Below, one piece after another: positions 12,962-26,440 of a stretch of DNA of 64,000 nt. Numbering within the stretch: position 1 is the stretch's first letter; every line of letters begins with the position of its first letter. The position numbers and the translations under genes were made by a program. The stretch covers positions 17,927,026-17,991,025 of the forward strand of contig CM119269.1 in NCBI GenBank assembly GCA_051294375.1, written 5' to 3'. The notes under the pieces are model-generated. The model worked only from the letters and a program-made list of their open reading frames with translations. It did no database searches and was not told where the DNA came from. This DNA is from Paraspadella gotoi. Taxonomy: Eukaryota > Animalia > Chaetognatha.

Positions 12962-15900
12962 CTCTGATTTGTTGATTCGCGTTTTAATGATTCAAATATG
13001 AATGTCAAAACGTTAGTACCTACTGTTGCCCTTTAATGCCCCGTCAGGAACTGCAACGAGGTTTGCGGCCCAATTCCCGGAGTCAGCGGAGAAAATGAGT
13101 GCGCAGAATGGGCTCCCGATTACGAGGTGAAGGGCAGTTGTCATTGCATCCATGAATTCAAGTGTTGCCCAAATCCTTGTCCAAAAGCCGACAAGACCGT
13201 TTGTTGGGCAAACAACAAAGAGGGTGAGTTAAAGGACTTTTCTTTAAAAAAATTTATTTTAAAATTTTTATAAGTTGAAAATTGAGTTCAATGCTTGGCC
13301 TGAACATAAATGAGCAATTTTTTTTACATTGACAGACCCGTGTTACCTAAACATACTTATTCATATGCCTGATGATTCATACAAATTTTAATATTTTGCG
13401 AAAAAAAAACTTTACCTTTATTTTTGTCAACTCTTTTTTTTAGGCTTTAAATACCCGGTTGAGACTAGGGACTGTTGCGACTGTCCCATATATAAATGCG
13501 TGACATGCGAACCCGTTGAAGATCCCGCCGCTATCTGCAAAGTAGAAAATCACGATTATCCTCTCAAGTGCTTCGATTATAAAAACCATGGGGCTTCAGT
13601 TAATGAAACTAGATGCTTCAGGTCCACATGCGAATTCAATCCTCCTGATCCTCCCGCAAACGAAGTAAGATACTTTCTTCGATTAATATTTTACTCCTTT
13701 TTTATGAAAATTTGCAAATTACTTGTTTCACTATTTTTTATTTTAATATTTTAATATTTTTATGAAGGATTTAGTATTTAAATCTATTATCGGCAAACGG
13801 CGAGGATAGCCGTGATACCCGGGGCGCGGGGTAATCTCACCAACTGGCGCTAGGGGCTGCGGACCCATCAGTGACCGCCTCCTGTACTGGGCATGTTAAT
13901 ACCGCACCGTCACATTTAAGGCCAGACCCGGATACCCAGGGACTGAACCCGGGACCACGGATGGAATGAGATGATTTAGCCTGCTCGCCCATTGAGACAG
14001 AGGCTCGAGGAGCGGAACAGCAGTGAGGCAGCTTTAAGTCTTAGCTGCCACACACTATATTTATTCAAATATATATTGCTTTCTTTTTAAAAAAATGTTT
14101 TATTTATCTAATAATTCAATTTGGGAGGGGAAGTCAGGGTTGTCTTCTGGAAATAGAGGGAGCATCTATACAACACAAGGTTATATTACTATCTGTCCTA
14201 GTTTTCTAATAGATATCACACATCATTTCTGTTAGAAAGTCATTAATGAAAAATCATAATATCTAAGAGGCTGAACAGAAAGAGGTGGGAATGGATAATT
14301 TTTTGAGGGACCAACGTTATATATGATTTTCTTTACCAATAGGGATAAGACTACCATGTAGAATTGTATGTTCTGATAGGGATATTTTTCTTTTTTTCAT
14401 TTTCTCACTATCATCATTAATTAATTATTAATTCATTGTTTGTTTTTTTTCAACTTGACCCAGCAATGCGACAACGATTGCATGCGGTCTGAAATTGAAA
14501 GGACCGATTGTGGAAAAGACTATGAAGTTTGCGTGAGCGATAGAGTCAAGACAGATTGTCCCTTGGACTCGCAAGCAGAGAGTTCGGCGGAACTGCAACA
14601 TTCGCTCAAATGCTATCACCCTCCAACCGAGGTGGCCCATCCCGAAGGAGGAAAGTTTTACCAATCTCACCAATGCGTCGATTGTGTCAAGTGAGTTAGA
14701 AAAGTTCGCTCATTCGTTCATCTTTTTTTTATGACCCTGATTTGGTTTTAATTTTTAATTACATTTCTCCGTAAAAGGTGGAAATACGACAAGATATCTT
14801 GCGACAAAAAAAATGAGGAAGCCTCCGCTTATGAATGTCATCACGATCACGAAACAAAATACGACAAAGTTTGTTGGAAAAAGATGACAGAACCAGGTGA
14901 ACCTGTCGGTCGCCCATTGCTTGTATTTTATTTGGTGTACATTTCAACTATAATTTTTTTTTCCTTTTTAAGATGAGTGCAAGTGCGATGTTGCCCATTG
15001 CGTAAAAACGCCGGAACGCGACGCTACTCATGTAAGTAGCTTTCTTTTTGGACGATCATAACGTCATGCTTTAAAATCTAGACATTGGTACATGGTACAT
15101 ATTATTTATTTAATCTTTTTTGTTTGTCTAGGAATTTCGCCCGGGAGAACGATGCCCTGAGGGTTACAAAAAAGTGTCCGGAGTTTCTATTTGCGGTTAT
15201 AATCGCGATGTTTGCCTCCAATGTCCGGAAGTCAAAGAACCAGAAAATTGTGACCTGAAATTCAACCGCATTGTCAATGATCACAATTGTAACAATTGCC
15301 CCATTAAGAGGTAATTATAATGTATATCTAAATTTTTTAAGTAAAGGTGTTTGCAAAATATGTCTTCGATTGCATAGAAGTAAGTTCGATCGGTGACAAA
15401 TATATAGTATTTTGGATATAAGTTATAAAGAATTTTAAGAAAAAAATTATTCATTTGATTAACTTTTTGCAACTTTGCTGACACTTGAAAGTTAACATAA
15501 TTTCCATGCCAAACCAATTATTAATTTTTGCGCATAAGAAAATATTAAAACACAGAAGTGATATATAAAAATGAACTTGATAAAATTAATTGGCAAAATA
15601 AGTGCAATGGTTATATTCAAATGATTTTTTTCTTTATTTCTTTTCCTGTTTTCTGCAGATGCGATCCGATTACGATTCCCACGGACGCGTGCGACTCGAA
15701 CACCTATCATTTTGACATAGCGACCAAAACGTTCAGCTGCGTTCCGAAAGGTGGTAAAAGAAAAAGGAAAGTAAATAACTAAATAGGAGAGAAAAGCGCG
15801 AGCCAATTTTAAATTGGCCCGGAAAAATTACATTTCCGTACTTGATATGACACGGCTCGATAGGGAGTTTTTTTCGTTTTGTTTGTTTGTTTTTTTTAAA

Positions 15901-17377
15901 AGACTGATGATGTTGTGAGTGGCACTGAACTCCACTTTAGAAACTAATCTACAATGAGCTAAACTTTCCTACTCCTATCTTGCAATTGTAATTGGTGATT
16001 TTTCAAGATTAAACTTTTCTATTGATGCTTATTTGGTTATCACTGGAAAAAAAAAATAAAATGCTGAAAATAAATTTAGTTTTAATAAATGTATGCTTAT
16101 CATTTAATTCTTTTTTTATCAAAATAATAGAAATAGAAATAATAGAGTTAGTTTTTTCAACTTTAAATATGTTGATACAAATTAGTATTAGTATTAGCAT
16201 CTTTAGTTTTGGTTTAAACTTTTTTACTAAATATTTAGCTAGAAAACATGAACCTTATTAAAAAATTTTTAAAAAAACGGCAGGTGAATTAACTGAGAAA
16301 AGAAGAAATGATGAAGTGATAAGCCACTTTATAAGTGTTGATCTTAACTGCTCTTTGTTCGTCAATTGTGTCATAAATCCCTAATCTTCGGAAACAACCG
16401 AAGACTGATGTAAAAAAAATTGACTTTAAATAAGTCACGGTTCAGGAACTGGAACCAGTAGCCTCGAGCATAGTTCGCGTTGTCGGCTTCCATTATTCCA
16501 TTATAGCGATTCATACTAGGCTAGGGAGGAAACTTCAAATTTCAGTATAGGTACGAAAGTTCAGCATTTAATTATTAAAATTACAGAGATAACAAGAGAT
16601 AGGATTTTTTTTCTCACAATTTTCTCCTCTTTTTTATTTTTAATTCAAATATCTCTTACGATATTTGCGTCATTCACTTTTGTAGTTTAATCATAAGTAC
16701 CTGTTTTTTTATTCAAATGAATCTGTTTGTTTTCTTTGTTTGTAAACAACTTCTTTATTTCTTTTCTTTTCCTCATCAATCTTCTCCACCATATTTCAGT
16801 GACGACCTGCTTCAACTTTCCCGAATCCGAAACGACCGCTCACGTCGACATCCGCCCGCTCAAACGAGAGAACCTCAACTCCTTGACCTTCGACGTCATG
16901 TACACAATGCGAAATGAAACTAAGGACCCGTGGATCCTGAGTTTCGTCAGCACGGACCACAAACACGAGCTGCTCATCGGACCTAACAAGGGATTCCACG
17001 TCAAATCCGGCAGCGTCGCCACCGTCTTGAAGTCCTCCATGGGCAAGAAGATGCGCCTGACGATCGTTTGGAACCTCCTCACCGGAGATTTCTCCGTTTA
17101 CGAGAACATGAAGTTGGAGCGGAAGGGAAATATGAAGACGACCATCTCGACGGAGGGTTTTTTCATGCTGGGACAGATGCTGGGGGTGGATGGATACGAA
17201 TCGGAGAAAAGGTTCATCGGCAAGCTGTGCGGGTTCCAGATGTGGGACAGGGTGCTCTCCAAACAGGAGCTGGAACACCTGTTCCAGGGGGATTTGAGCG
17301 AGAAGGGAAATCTCTTCGATTCGCCCGCCACCTACGAGTTTGAGTTAAAGGATGGGGCAGAGGGTGCAAACCCGTAG
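11803..17377 (+). CDS. Secreted Cys-rich long-pentraxin-like protein, paralog A (610 aa)
   Basis: Exons 11803-11869, 12161-12243, 12421-12452, 13048-13223, 13444-13664, 14464-14690, 14778-14896, 14973-15031, 15132-15310, 15659-15750, 16800-17377 sum to 1833 nt, open throughout. Signal MELKGLLLLVFVVTLAEA; propeptide ending SLSKR; pentraxin motifs FIGKLCGFQMWDRVLS and GNLFD. Confidence 0.92.
12600..12850 (+). repeat. Degenerate (TTAGGG)-like tract in intron 3 of gene A
   Basis: ttagggttagggatttggg-type units. Confidence 0.55.
13788..14054 (-). mobile_element. Solo LTR-like element carrying tRNA-like boxes and a twister-like fold
   Basis: 4-bp TSD CTAT (13784-13787 / 14055-14058); short imperfect inverted termini; minus strand shows a 5' hairpin, A-box-like TGTCTCAATGG, B-box GGTTCAGTCCC, then a twister-like module (13844-13925). 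Confidence 0.75.
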
Positions 17378-18079
17378 TTTTAACTCCCATGGTAATTTAT
17401 TGTCACTTGATAATTTGAACATTCTTGGAAAGGATCGGAATTAAAGAATTTTTTTTTCTGAAATAAAAGAAACAATTTGACAGTTAAGACGATAAAAAGA
17501 TAAAACGATTAAATAATAAAGAATTAAAGAAAGTTTGAAATTAACTTTTTATAGATCAAATTTATTTTTTTAAATTCATTAATTTTTTTTTAAACGGTTG
17601 ATGTTCACACACTAAAAAGAAAAATTCATTCGCACCCACATTGTATAATCTCTCATTAGGGTAACATTTTTATGTGGTGACTCAGAATATATTTTTACGC
17701 TCTATAGCTGAATTCTTTTAAGAAAATTATGAATTGTGAGTCGAATAAAATGTTTAAAAATATAATGGAAATAGGTGTGAGAACCGATCGATTGAATGAG
17801 AAGAAATCACGTCACACTTAATAGGTGTATCCTTGTGTATCGCTATAAACAAAAGAGATAATTGAAGCGTAAAACATTGGTCCATCCTGACACTAACAAC
17901 CGATATTCAATTGACCGAGATTAAACTTTACCAACTCCAGAGATAATATAAAATTTCGACTATTAGCAAAGTATTTTTAGTTGTCTAGACTAACTATTTA
18001 AGCAATCATTTTCCAAAAAAATTTACATTATATGTCTTGAATAATACATTAAATATTACTTGTCTTTTTTTACATTATA

Positions 18080-18535
18080 AAAATTTTTTTTGAAATCTAA
18101 AAATTTCTTGATGGATTCTGATAGAGCATATAAAGTTAAACAAGAAATATAATTACAGCTTTTAAAAATTCTTACGTTTCCTATGTGAAAATATAAAAAA
18201 ATTATAAAATCATTGAAAGATGATGATGATGATGATTTTTTACGGTTTTTCTTATTTTTGACTCACTTATCATGAAAATATCTAAAAAAGAATTATACTT
18301 TGTGCAGACAACTTTTTATGAGCTATCTGAATCTGGTCTTAAAATTTAAAAATTATCAAAAAAATTTGGGCTTTCCTATTTATAAATAAATATTAAAAAA
18401 ATAATTATTTGGGTATAGAGCCACATAAGAAATGTTTTGTTCATTGAAAGTATACTTCAAAATGTATAAATTTTCGTGTGAGCATGTAATCATTCAATTT
18501 TTTTGGCCCACCCCATTGAGTGGGGCTCCCCCTAA
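18080..18535. mobile_element. MITE/DNA-transposon fragment (second copy inverted at about 36109-36570)
   Basis: About 450 bp of clear reverse-complement similarity between the two loci, ending in a GGGG-starting terminus preceded by TA (PIF/Harbinger-like, tentative). Confidence 0.7.
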
Positions 18536-19058
18536 TTTAAGACGAGTTTTCAACCGCGACGATTTAATTTTAGTTTCCTTTGGTTATATTATCTTGAAGA
18601 GGATGAAAGTCTCCCTCTCTCTCTCTCTCTCTCTTTTTTTCTTGCTTTCTCTCTTTCTACGTCAGGGAGATAAACAATCCCGGATACATTAAACCGGTTT
18701 TATTAATCAAAAACATTTTTTACAACGATTTTTATCGTTATTTAGTTCTCAAGGGTTCCCCTTTTGAATTTTTTTTCATCAATTGTAAAAATTGATAGAA
18801 ATTGTTAATAAGGACGGATCCAAATAATATTGAAGGCTGTAGAAACGTGAATAATTGCTGAGATAATCATGAAAGTAATTGCATAAAGATTGAAGGCAAA
18901 GTAAATTTGATGTACTAAATATATTTTACTTCTGATGCTGATTGAAACTGATCTCTTTACAAAATTTATGACAGTAGATAATAAGGCGGGCCAAAATTAA
19001 AAGAGAGAGAAAAAGCTCGAGAAAGAAAGAAAGTGAGAGAGAGAGAGAGAGAAAGAGC

Positions 19059-19096
<38 letters not shown>

Positions 19097-19161
19097 GCAA
19101 ATCTCGTCATTTTCGAAGGTGAGAAAGAAAAAAGAAAGAAAGAAAGAAAGAAAGAAAGAGA

Positions 19162-19241
<80 letters not shown>

Positions 19242-20149
19242 GAGAGATCGCGATCCGCAAATCTCGCCATTTTCGAAGGTCACGATTGATTTCCACGAAC
19301 CGGTTTTTCGAAACCGATTACGTCAGGGAGACGAAAGTGGTAGTGATTATGTCACTGAGCCAAGTGGAAATGATTATGTCATGGTTTATGAAGACGATCG
19401 CATGATGCAGGGTTATTATCACCACACGTGGGAGGAAAGAATAAAAATCACGGGCGAAGCCGAAAATATTTGGTCGGCGAGAAAGTTGACGTCTTTTGTT
19501 TTTGTCGCGTCGAGATAATGCGACTTTTTGCCGTTTATGGCCGAAATAAAAGTTTATGGTTCCTCGCAAATAGAGATATCGCGTGTTTGGTGAATATTGA
19601 CGTTATTTTTGTTGTTGAAAGTTTAACGATTTAATTTATTTTGAGGAATGAAGAAAGTTAACTTCTAATTTCAATTTTATAAGCAAAATAATCAATATTT
19701 AAACAGTCGTCGTCGTTTAGATGTGACAATCCTGCAGACGATGAAAGCAATAGTTATCAAAATAATGAGAGTTATTTGCTCGTTTTAAAATCAGAATAGC
19801 AATTGTAATATTTGAAAAAAATTATTTTTTTAAACAACAACTTCTTTGTCCAGAAATCCTAATCGGTATAATTAAGAATTGATTATTTTGCAATTTTGGC
19901 CTCCGAAACCAATTTACCGAATTTACGATGCGATGATAACCTTTCTCCGGCCACGATCCGGATCGACGATCTCATTCCATGACGCCGGGTGCCGGCGCCT
20001 GGTGCCACGTCCTTGCAGTCTGGCGAGACTCGGACGTTGCCCTCTCTTACCGGACGATTAAAAATTATAGTGATAGTGACAGTGCGGATGCGTTGTTACC
20101 ATAAGTGATACAATTATATCAGGAATGTGCTATTTTATGGAATATGTTC

Positions 20150-20232
<83 letters not shown>

Positions 20233-20575
20233 CTCTTTCTTTCTTTCTTTCTTTTATCATTTCTGTCTTTCTTTCCTTTTTGTTTTTTTTATTTTTGTTT
20301 GTTTACTGTTTTTGTTTGTTTGTTAGTTTCAATCTTCCTGTCAAACTACGATTATTAATTTTTTTTCTCTTTCCCTTTCTTACTTTTAATGTTTCTTTCA
20401 ACTTTCTTCTTCTCTCTAACCATTTTCCTTTCATTCTTTCTTTTTTGTCTCCTCATTCCCACGCAATCCACGTCACCGGTTCCATCACCCCAGACTCGAG
20501 TGGCCCCCGATTTTCTTTTTCTTTGTTTCCCCTTGAGCGATTTTCTGGGAGAGGCGACGTCGGTGCGCCGATGGG

Positions 20576-20582
20576 TATAAAA
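20576..20582 (+). promoter_or_regulatory. TATA box of gene B
   Basis: GGGTATAAAAGG about 110 bp upstream of ATG 20690. Confidence 0.65.
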
Positions 20583-20689
20583 GGAAGACGATGCCAAGGA
20601 ACCTCCGATCTCGATTCCATTCTTTCTCGTTGACTCCTTTCGAAATTGCTCGACTCTCTCGACCATCAGTCTCAATCTTCTCACTCAAG

Positions 20690-23600
20690 ATGGAACCGAA
20701 GAAGGTTTTCCTCTTCGTCTTCGTCCTCGCGGTCGCCGAAGCTTCTTACCTCAAAGGTGAGTTCAGAGCATAAAAGTAATTCGAATCGTAAATAGCCGAA
20801 TTGTCTGGTTTTATTCGTTTGATGGCGTTCTTTTATGGTCGTTTATTTTATGAGGGAATATTTGCATATTGGAGGGACAATTAACAACATTGCACTTTTC
20901 AAATGCAGTTTCTTTTTTTAAACTTTGTATTCGTGATGGAGTATATTGTTTTTTTTTTTTAAATGTTGGATAATATTATATTTAATTTGTTCACTGCAGA
21001 GTTGAGGGATAAACTGAACCTTCTCAACAAAAAGAGTGAGCTCAAGACTCTCAAAGAATTTCTCCGCGAAAATCCGAATCTGGTAAAATGTTCTGTCATA
21101 TCGTATTTCTTTCCTATTGTTTGAAAATAAAAGAAATAGCTATGTGTATTTCTCTGATAAAGTGTGATTGTGAAGCAAACATCGTTAATGTTCACATTTA
21201 TTAATTTTCTTTTATTATTATTTCTTTTATCAGCAGATCCCGACTCTATAATTCACTTTGTCGGTCCGTCGGTCCACCCCCTCAATCTTGTCGGGCATTC
21301 GCTTATATTATGTCCATCCGTCCGTCCGTCGTCCGTCTGTTTATCGGTCCATCCGTCCGTCCGTCAGTCAATTAATCAATTAATTATTCAATCAATCAAT
21401 TTAATTATCTATTAATTAATTATTATATCAATCAATTTATTTATCAATTAATTAATTATTTAATCAATCAATCAATCAAGTCAATTGTTATCGACATTTT
21501 TGTCGTCGTCGCCATCATCGTCGTCGTTGCTTTTGTCTGGTCAGTAATGAAAAAATCTTAAAACAAACATTTCGGATCAAATTAATGGATTTGTTAATTA
21601 ATTACCGTTAATGATCGCGGGCAGATCCGACATTAATTGCTAAACCTTGTTTAATTTTTTTCCACTTTTTCCGAAATACTAGGGACACGAAAGTCTAGAA
21701 AAGCGAGAAACACTGTAAGTACTTTGGTCGTGAACAGTTGTTGAATGCATGCTGTAAACGTTACGAGTTCCATGGATTTTACGTTTTTGTTTCATAATCT
21801 CTTTAAAATTTAAACTTTAAATTATTATTGTTGTGTATGTATAGTTGAACTAACGAAGAAATAAGTTTTTAGGACGTAGGTATCCTGTTTCATTCTATTT
21901 TCGCTCGGATATTCCGTTTTATGAAATTGGTACAACCAGTATAAAAATTATCCATTTATTTAATTGATTTTGAATAATTTTGACTTTGGACAATTGACAG
22001 GCTATACTGGTTTAAGGCCTCCATCCCGCTTACAAGAATCTCTGAGAGTCGAGTTTCTTCACTCCCAAAGTACCTGGCTTCTCTATCAAAGAAGTGGTAT
22101 AATGTTTCAAAAATAGTGTAAATTGTAAAAAGGACCACTCCCCTCGTTGAGCAAGTGTGTGATGTTTTTGAAGTTGGTCGACAATGTGATTTAGCTGTGC
22201 TTCCTGCACGTTTTCCACCAGGGAATGCAACGAAGTTTGCGGTCCGCTGCCAGGCGTCGATGGAAATGTTGAGTGCAGAGAGTGGGCGCCTGATTACAAG
22301 TCGAACGGCAAGTGTCGTTGCATCGTTCAATTCAAATGTTGTCCCGATCCATGTCCCAAACCCAAACAAGAAGTTTGCTGGGGACCCCAAAAGGGTGAGT
22401 GAAAAGGGCAGTCAATTTCCCACTAAACAACGCATGGAATTGAAATGGTTATTCCATACGATTTAAAAAATATATATTTTTTTAAAATTAGTTCTATAAA
22501 TATATTTTAGATATGCGTATTTTTTTGCTACATGCTACTATATAAATTTTCGACACTTATGTTAAACACTAGAAGTTTTGAATAAGCATCTTCCTCTTGT
22601 TCAGGTTATAAATATCCAGTGGTTGAAACCGACTGCTGTGGTTGTGATATTTACGCTTGTCACGACTGCACACCTGTGGCTAAACCAGACGAAATCTGCG
22701 AACTTCCTGGCAAGAATTACCCATTGTCCTGCTTCTCTTACAACGCAACGGGATTGTCGGATAAAGTGACTCAATGCTACGAAGCTAATTGTCCCTTCAC
22801 TCCGCCGCCACCACCGACCGCAGAGGTTCGCCTTATTGACTTAATGACTTACTTCATTTATTAACTCATACGGCAACAGCCGGGTTGCCTGCGATGCCCA
22901 TTGGGATGGGGCATCTCACTGTTGGCTTTTGGGGCTTCCGACCCTCAGTGACACCTCCTGTCACTGGCGCGGTTACCCTAGGACTGTCTCGCTTTGCCAA
23001 CACAGAGGGAAGTCGTTAGGACTGTTGATTGTGAAAGGAACGTAACTCTTGGGATGGTGCGTTCCCCCTCTGAGCCATGAGATTGGCTGAACGATGTGAG
23101 GCGGTGTGAATATACCGCCACACTCATTCATTTATTCATTCTCTCTTTTAATCATCATTTCTCCTAATATTTTACTCTTTTTTTATAACCCTCTTTTTTT
23201 ACCAACCTTGAAAACCTCAACTCACGATCTGATCACAGACGTGTGACTTCGATTGCATGCGGACCGACCCGCGCAAGGACGAATGCGGTCAGGGCTACGA
23301 CGTCTGCGTGAGCAACAAAGTCAAGAGCGACTGTCCCTTGGACTCGCAAGAGGAAAGTGCCGTTGGTCTCAAGTATGGACTTCATTGCTATCACGCTCCC
23401 AAGGAAGTGCCTCACCCGATCGGAGGAAAGTGGTATCTCGCTCACAAATGCGTCGATTGCGTCAAGTGAGTTAGAGGCAACGGTTTCGTATCGGAATAAT
23501 ATTTTTTTGTATTACTTCCTAAACTTTTTAAAAAAAATTATAAATGTGCATTTTATAACTTTATTGCTTCCAGGTGGGACTACCATAAAAAATCTTGTGA

Positions 23601-25232
23601 CGACAAAAATCTGCGCGCTGCCAACTACGCTTGTCCTCACCAAAATAATACTTTCCTCGACAAAGTTTGTTGGGACAAAATTATCAAGCATGGTGCGTCT
23701 GAAAAAAACAAAAAAACATTCTCATTGGGGTAAAAAAAAAAAAATTACGATGGACATAATATTCTTTGTTTCCAGATTCATGTGATTGTGACGTGCCCGA
23801 TTGTGAACGAGCGCCACAACGATCAGCCACGCACGTGAGTCTATCTCTTACTCTACTTCGAACCTATTTCATATGGTCAAATTTTATCGCAATAACGTAT
23901 AATTTTGTCATTTTTTATTTTCAGAAATTCCCCGCAGGCGAAAGATGTCCCACCGGGTACAAAAAAGTGACTGGGGTTTCCATTTGCGATTATCCTCGGG
24001 ATGTTTGCCTCAAATGTCCCGATCTCGAAGATCCTGACGACTGCGACTTGAACATCGCCAAGATTGGCGTCGACCGCGATGCTAACGATTGCCCTGTTAG
24101 GAGGTAAGATCACTCTAATTTTAAATTATAAGAGGGAAAGCATAATTAAATATACGATGTTTACACTATGGTGGACTAAAATCGACCAACCGTTCATCAG
24201 CGACCATTGGTGCCGGAGGCAAGTCATTCGCCTCCCAACCCAAAGGTCCCGGGTTCTAGCTCGATGGTCGCCTAGCAGTTAAGAGGGACGGGGCGCTTAA
24301 CCCGCTTGTAACACGGTGTTACAGCCTGATCCGAAACTCAGGGACTGCTTATATTGAACGGTTCTGTCACATAACAATCATTACTGTCTCTTCAACACAA
24401 TCTTAATTAGCAGCGTGATTAGATTTCTGTCGATAATTTTCATCACAGACATGTAAAAAATTAATCTCTCATTTTACATATAGATGTAAGTGGCCAACAG
24501 TTCCCAAAGGTGATTGCGATTCCGACACTTATTTCTTTGACAAAACCAAGAAAGAGTTTTTCTGCATTCCGAAACGTAAGTAACGAGTTCAACAACTTTG
24601 ATCTTAATTCTTGATCCCTAACCGTTTCGTCACATTTCAATCCAGCGATGACCTGCTTCGAGTTTCCCGCCTCGGAGCTGAAGGCCAACGTGGTTGTCCA
24701 CCCTCTGATCGAAAAGAACCTGAAGGCCTTCACCTTTGACATCCACTATACTATAACGCAAATGACGAGCGACGTGTGGTTCTTTAGCGTGGCTCACTCT
24801 AGACACGACAACATCATCGTCATAGGCCCCAAACGAGGCATTCACTTGGAGTCCGGCGCACTTTACTCGGAACTGACGCCCAGTTTGGGCAAAAGTACTC
24901 GACTGACTCTGACTTACGACGGCGAAACCGGAAACATCAAAGTTTACGAAAACGGTCAGCCAGAGAGAACCGCCAATAGGAAGAACACGGTCCTCCTTCA
25001 AGGCTCCTCCGTAATGCTTGGACAGGAACAGGACAGCGTTGGAGGCAGATTTGACCCCAATCAGAGATTCATCGGCAAGCTGTGCGGATTTCAGATGTGG
25101 GACAGGGTGCTGTCGGATGCGGAGCTGAAGCAGTTGTTCGAAGGGAAGTTGCAAGAGAAAGGAAATGTGTTTGATTCGCCCGCTACTTACATGTACGAGT
25201 TAAACGCGGGAGCGAAAGAGACTGAGCCTTAA
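20690..25232 (+). CDS. Secreted Cys-rich long-pentraxin-like protein, paralog B (612 aa)
   Basis: Exons 20690-20756, 21000-21082, 21683-21714, 22222-22394, 22605-22825, 23239-23465, 23574-23692, 23776-23834, 23925-24103, 24484-24575, 24646-25232 sum to 1839 nt, open; same intron phases as A; propeptide ends SLEKR; intact LGQEQDSVGGRFDPNQ calcium-site motif. Confidence 0.93.
21920..22150 (-). mobile_element. Diverged R1 (Penelope-like) copy in intron 3 of gene B
   Basis: Aligns by eye to the reverse complement of 6352-6663 with many substitutions and a deletion. Confidence 0.65.
22869..23122 (-). mobile_element. Solo LTR-like element related to 13788-14054, with twister-like fold
   Basis: 4-bp TSD CTCA (22865-22868 / 23123-23126); same terminal motifs (TACGGCAA...GCCACA); A-box-like TGGCTCAGAGGG but no clear B box; twister-like module 22920-23002. 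Confidence 0.75.
24167..24394 (+). mobile_element. Solo LTR of the tRNA/twister-like TRIM (intron 9 of gene B)
   Basis: Clearly similar to the LTRs at 27419 and 27842; TA...CA ends; 4-bp TSD ACAC. Confidence 0.88.
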
Positions 25233-26068
25233 ATATTAATAAGAAAAAAAAAGATGAAGACATACGTATACTCGGATTCAACATCCGGACGAAATTTTAC
25301 GTGACGTGGAAAAATGTTGTATGAAGGAAGTTTTTTTTAAAAAATGCATAGTTTTTACTACAAAAATGCAAATTTTCATTTTTAACCATACTCATTTACT
25401 CATATATAATCATAATAAAAGGTAGCCGATTACTTGGTGACATGGAATCTAGTCTATTCTGCATTTTGAAATTAGCACCGCTCTTTTGATGCTTTTATTT
25501 TAACGTTGACAAAACTATTTTTTATTTCACAAATAAAAATCCTTCATTTGAATTCAAAACGTTTCTGAAATTTTTGAAAAAGAATCTCAGAGAAACTATA
25601 ATTATCATTCATCTATTCATCATATTTTTTTTTTTTTTTCTGAAATAAAAGAGACAAATTGACAGTTAAGACGAAAAAAGATTAAACGATTTGAAACAAT
25701 ATGACATTTAAACAATAAATGAGTATTGAGCAAGACTAATTGCACTAATGGCACTAAAAATAAAATTCAAACAATTAAGGATCATTGCGGACATTGCAAA
25801 TTGGAAAAGTATTAAGTATACCAATGAAAAGATAAAAAGATCGTTGGAATTTCTGAAATTTTGTTTATTGGCAAATAAAAAACTCAATACTTGCGACCTC
25901 TGTTAGAAAGAGAAAAAAAACTAAATTTTGTTCTTCTTCAAGGCACAGACAGACCGACTGAAAAAAAAATAAGTTCATTTTTTGGACTGTCTTTGAATTT
26001 TAAAATAATGTTGTGAATAAGGGTTCGCCATCCTCACACTTAGTTTAGAGATCACAAGAGGAAAAAAT

Positions 26069-26111
<43 letters not shown>

Positions 26112-26314
26112 TGTGATATTAATAATCCAGGTCAGACAACAGAATTACAATTCCCAAAACCTACAGAGAAACAACCCTCGGAACCTAAACCTGAGAAGCA
26201 AAAGGCCATAGAACCACCTATAGTTATATATGTATGTATGTATGTATGTATATATATTATATATATATGTAGACGTATACCGACAGAACCGTCTTCAAAA
26301 AAACTTACAGAACA

Positions 26315-26440
26315 TTCTACCTCGTCAAAGCCTTGAAACCGGTCGTCGGAAAGACGACTCGTTTGACGGTCGCGTGGGACTGCGCCACCGGGAAGATCGT
26401 CGTCATGGAGGACTGAAAGGTCCGCGTCCGAGAAAGACCG
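26315..26440 (+). pseudogene. Pentraxin-domain relic (fourth paralog fragment)
   Basis: Reads LKPVVGKTTRLTVAWDCATGKIVVMED*KVR, aligning to B LTPSLGKSTRLTLTYDGETGNIKVYENGQ; in-frame TGA at 26414-26416; no other exons found. Confidence 0.7.
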
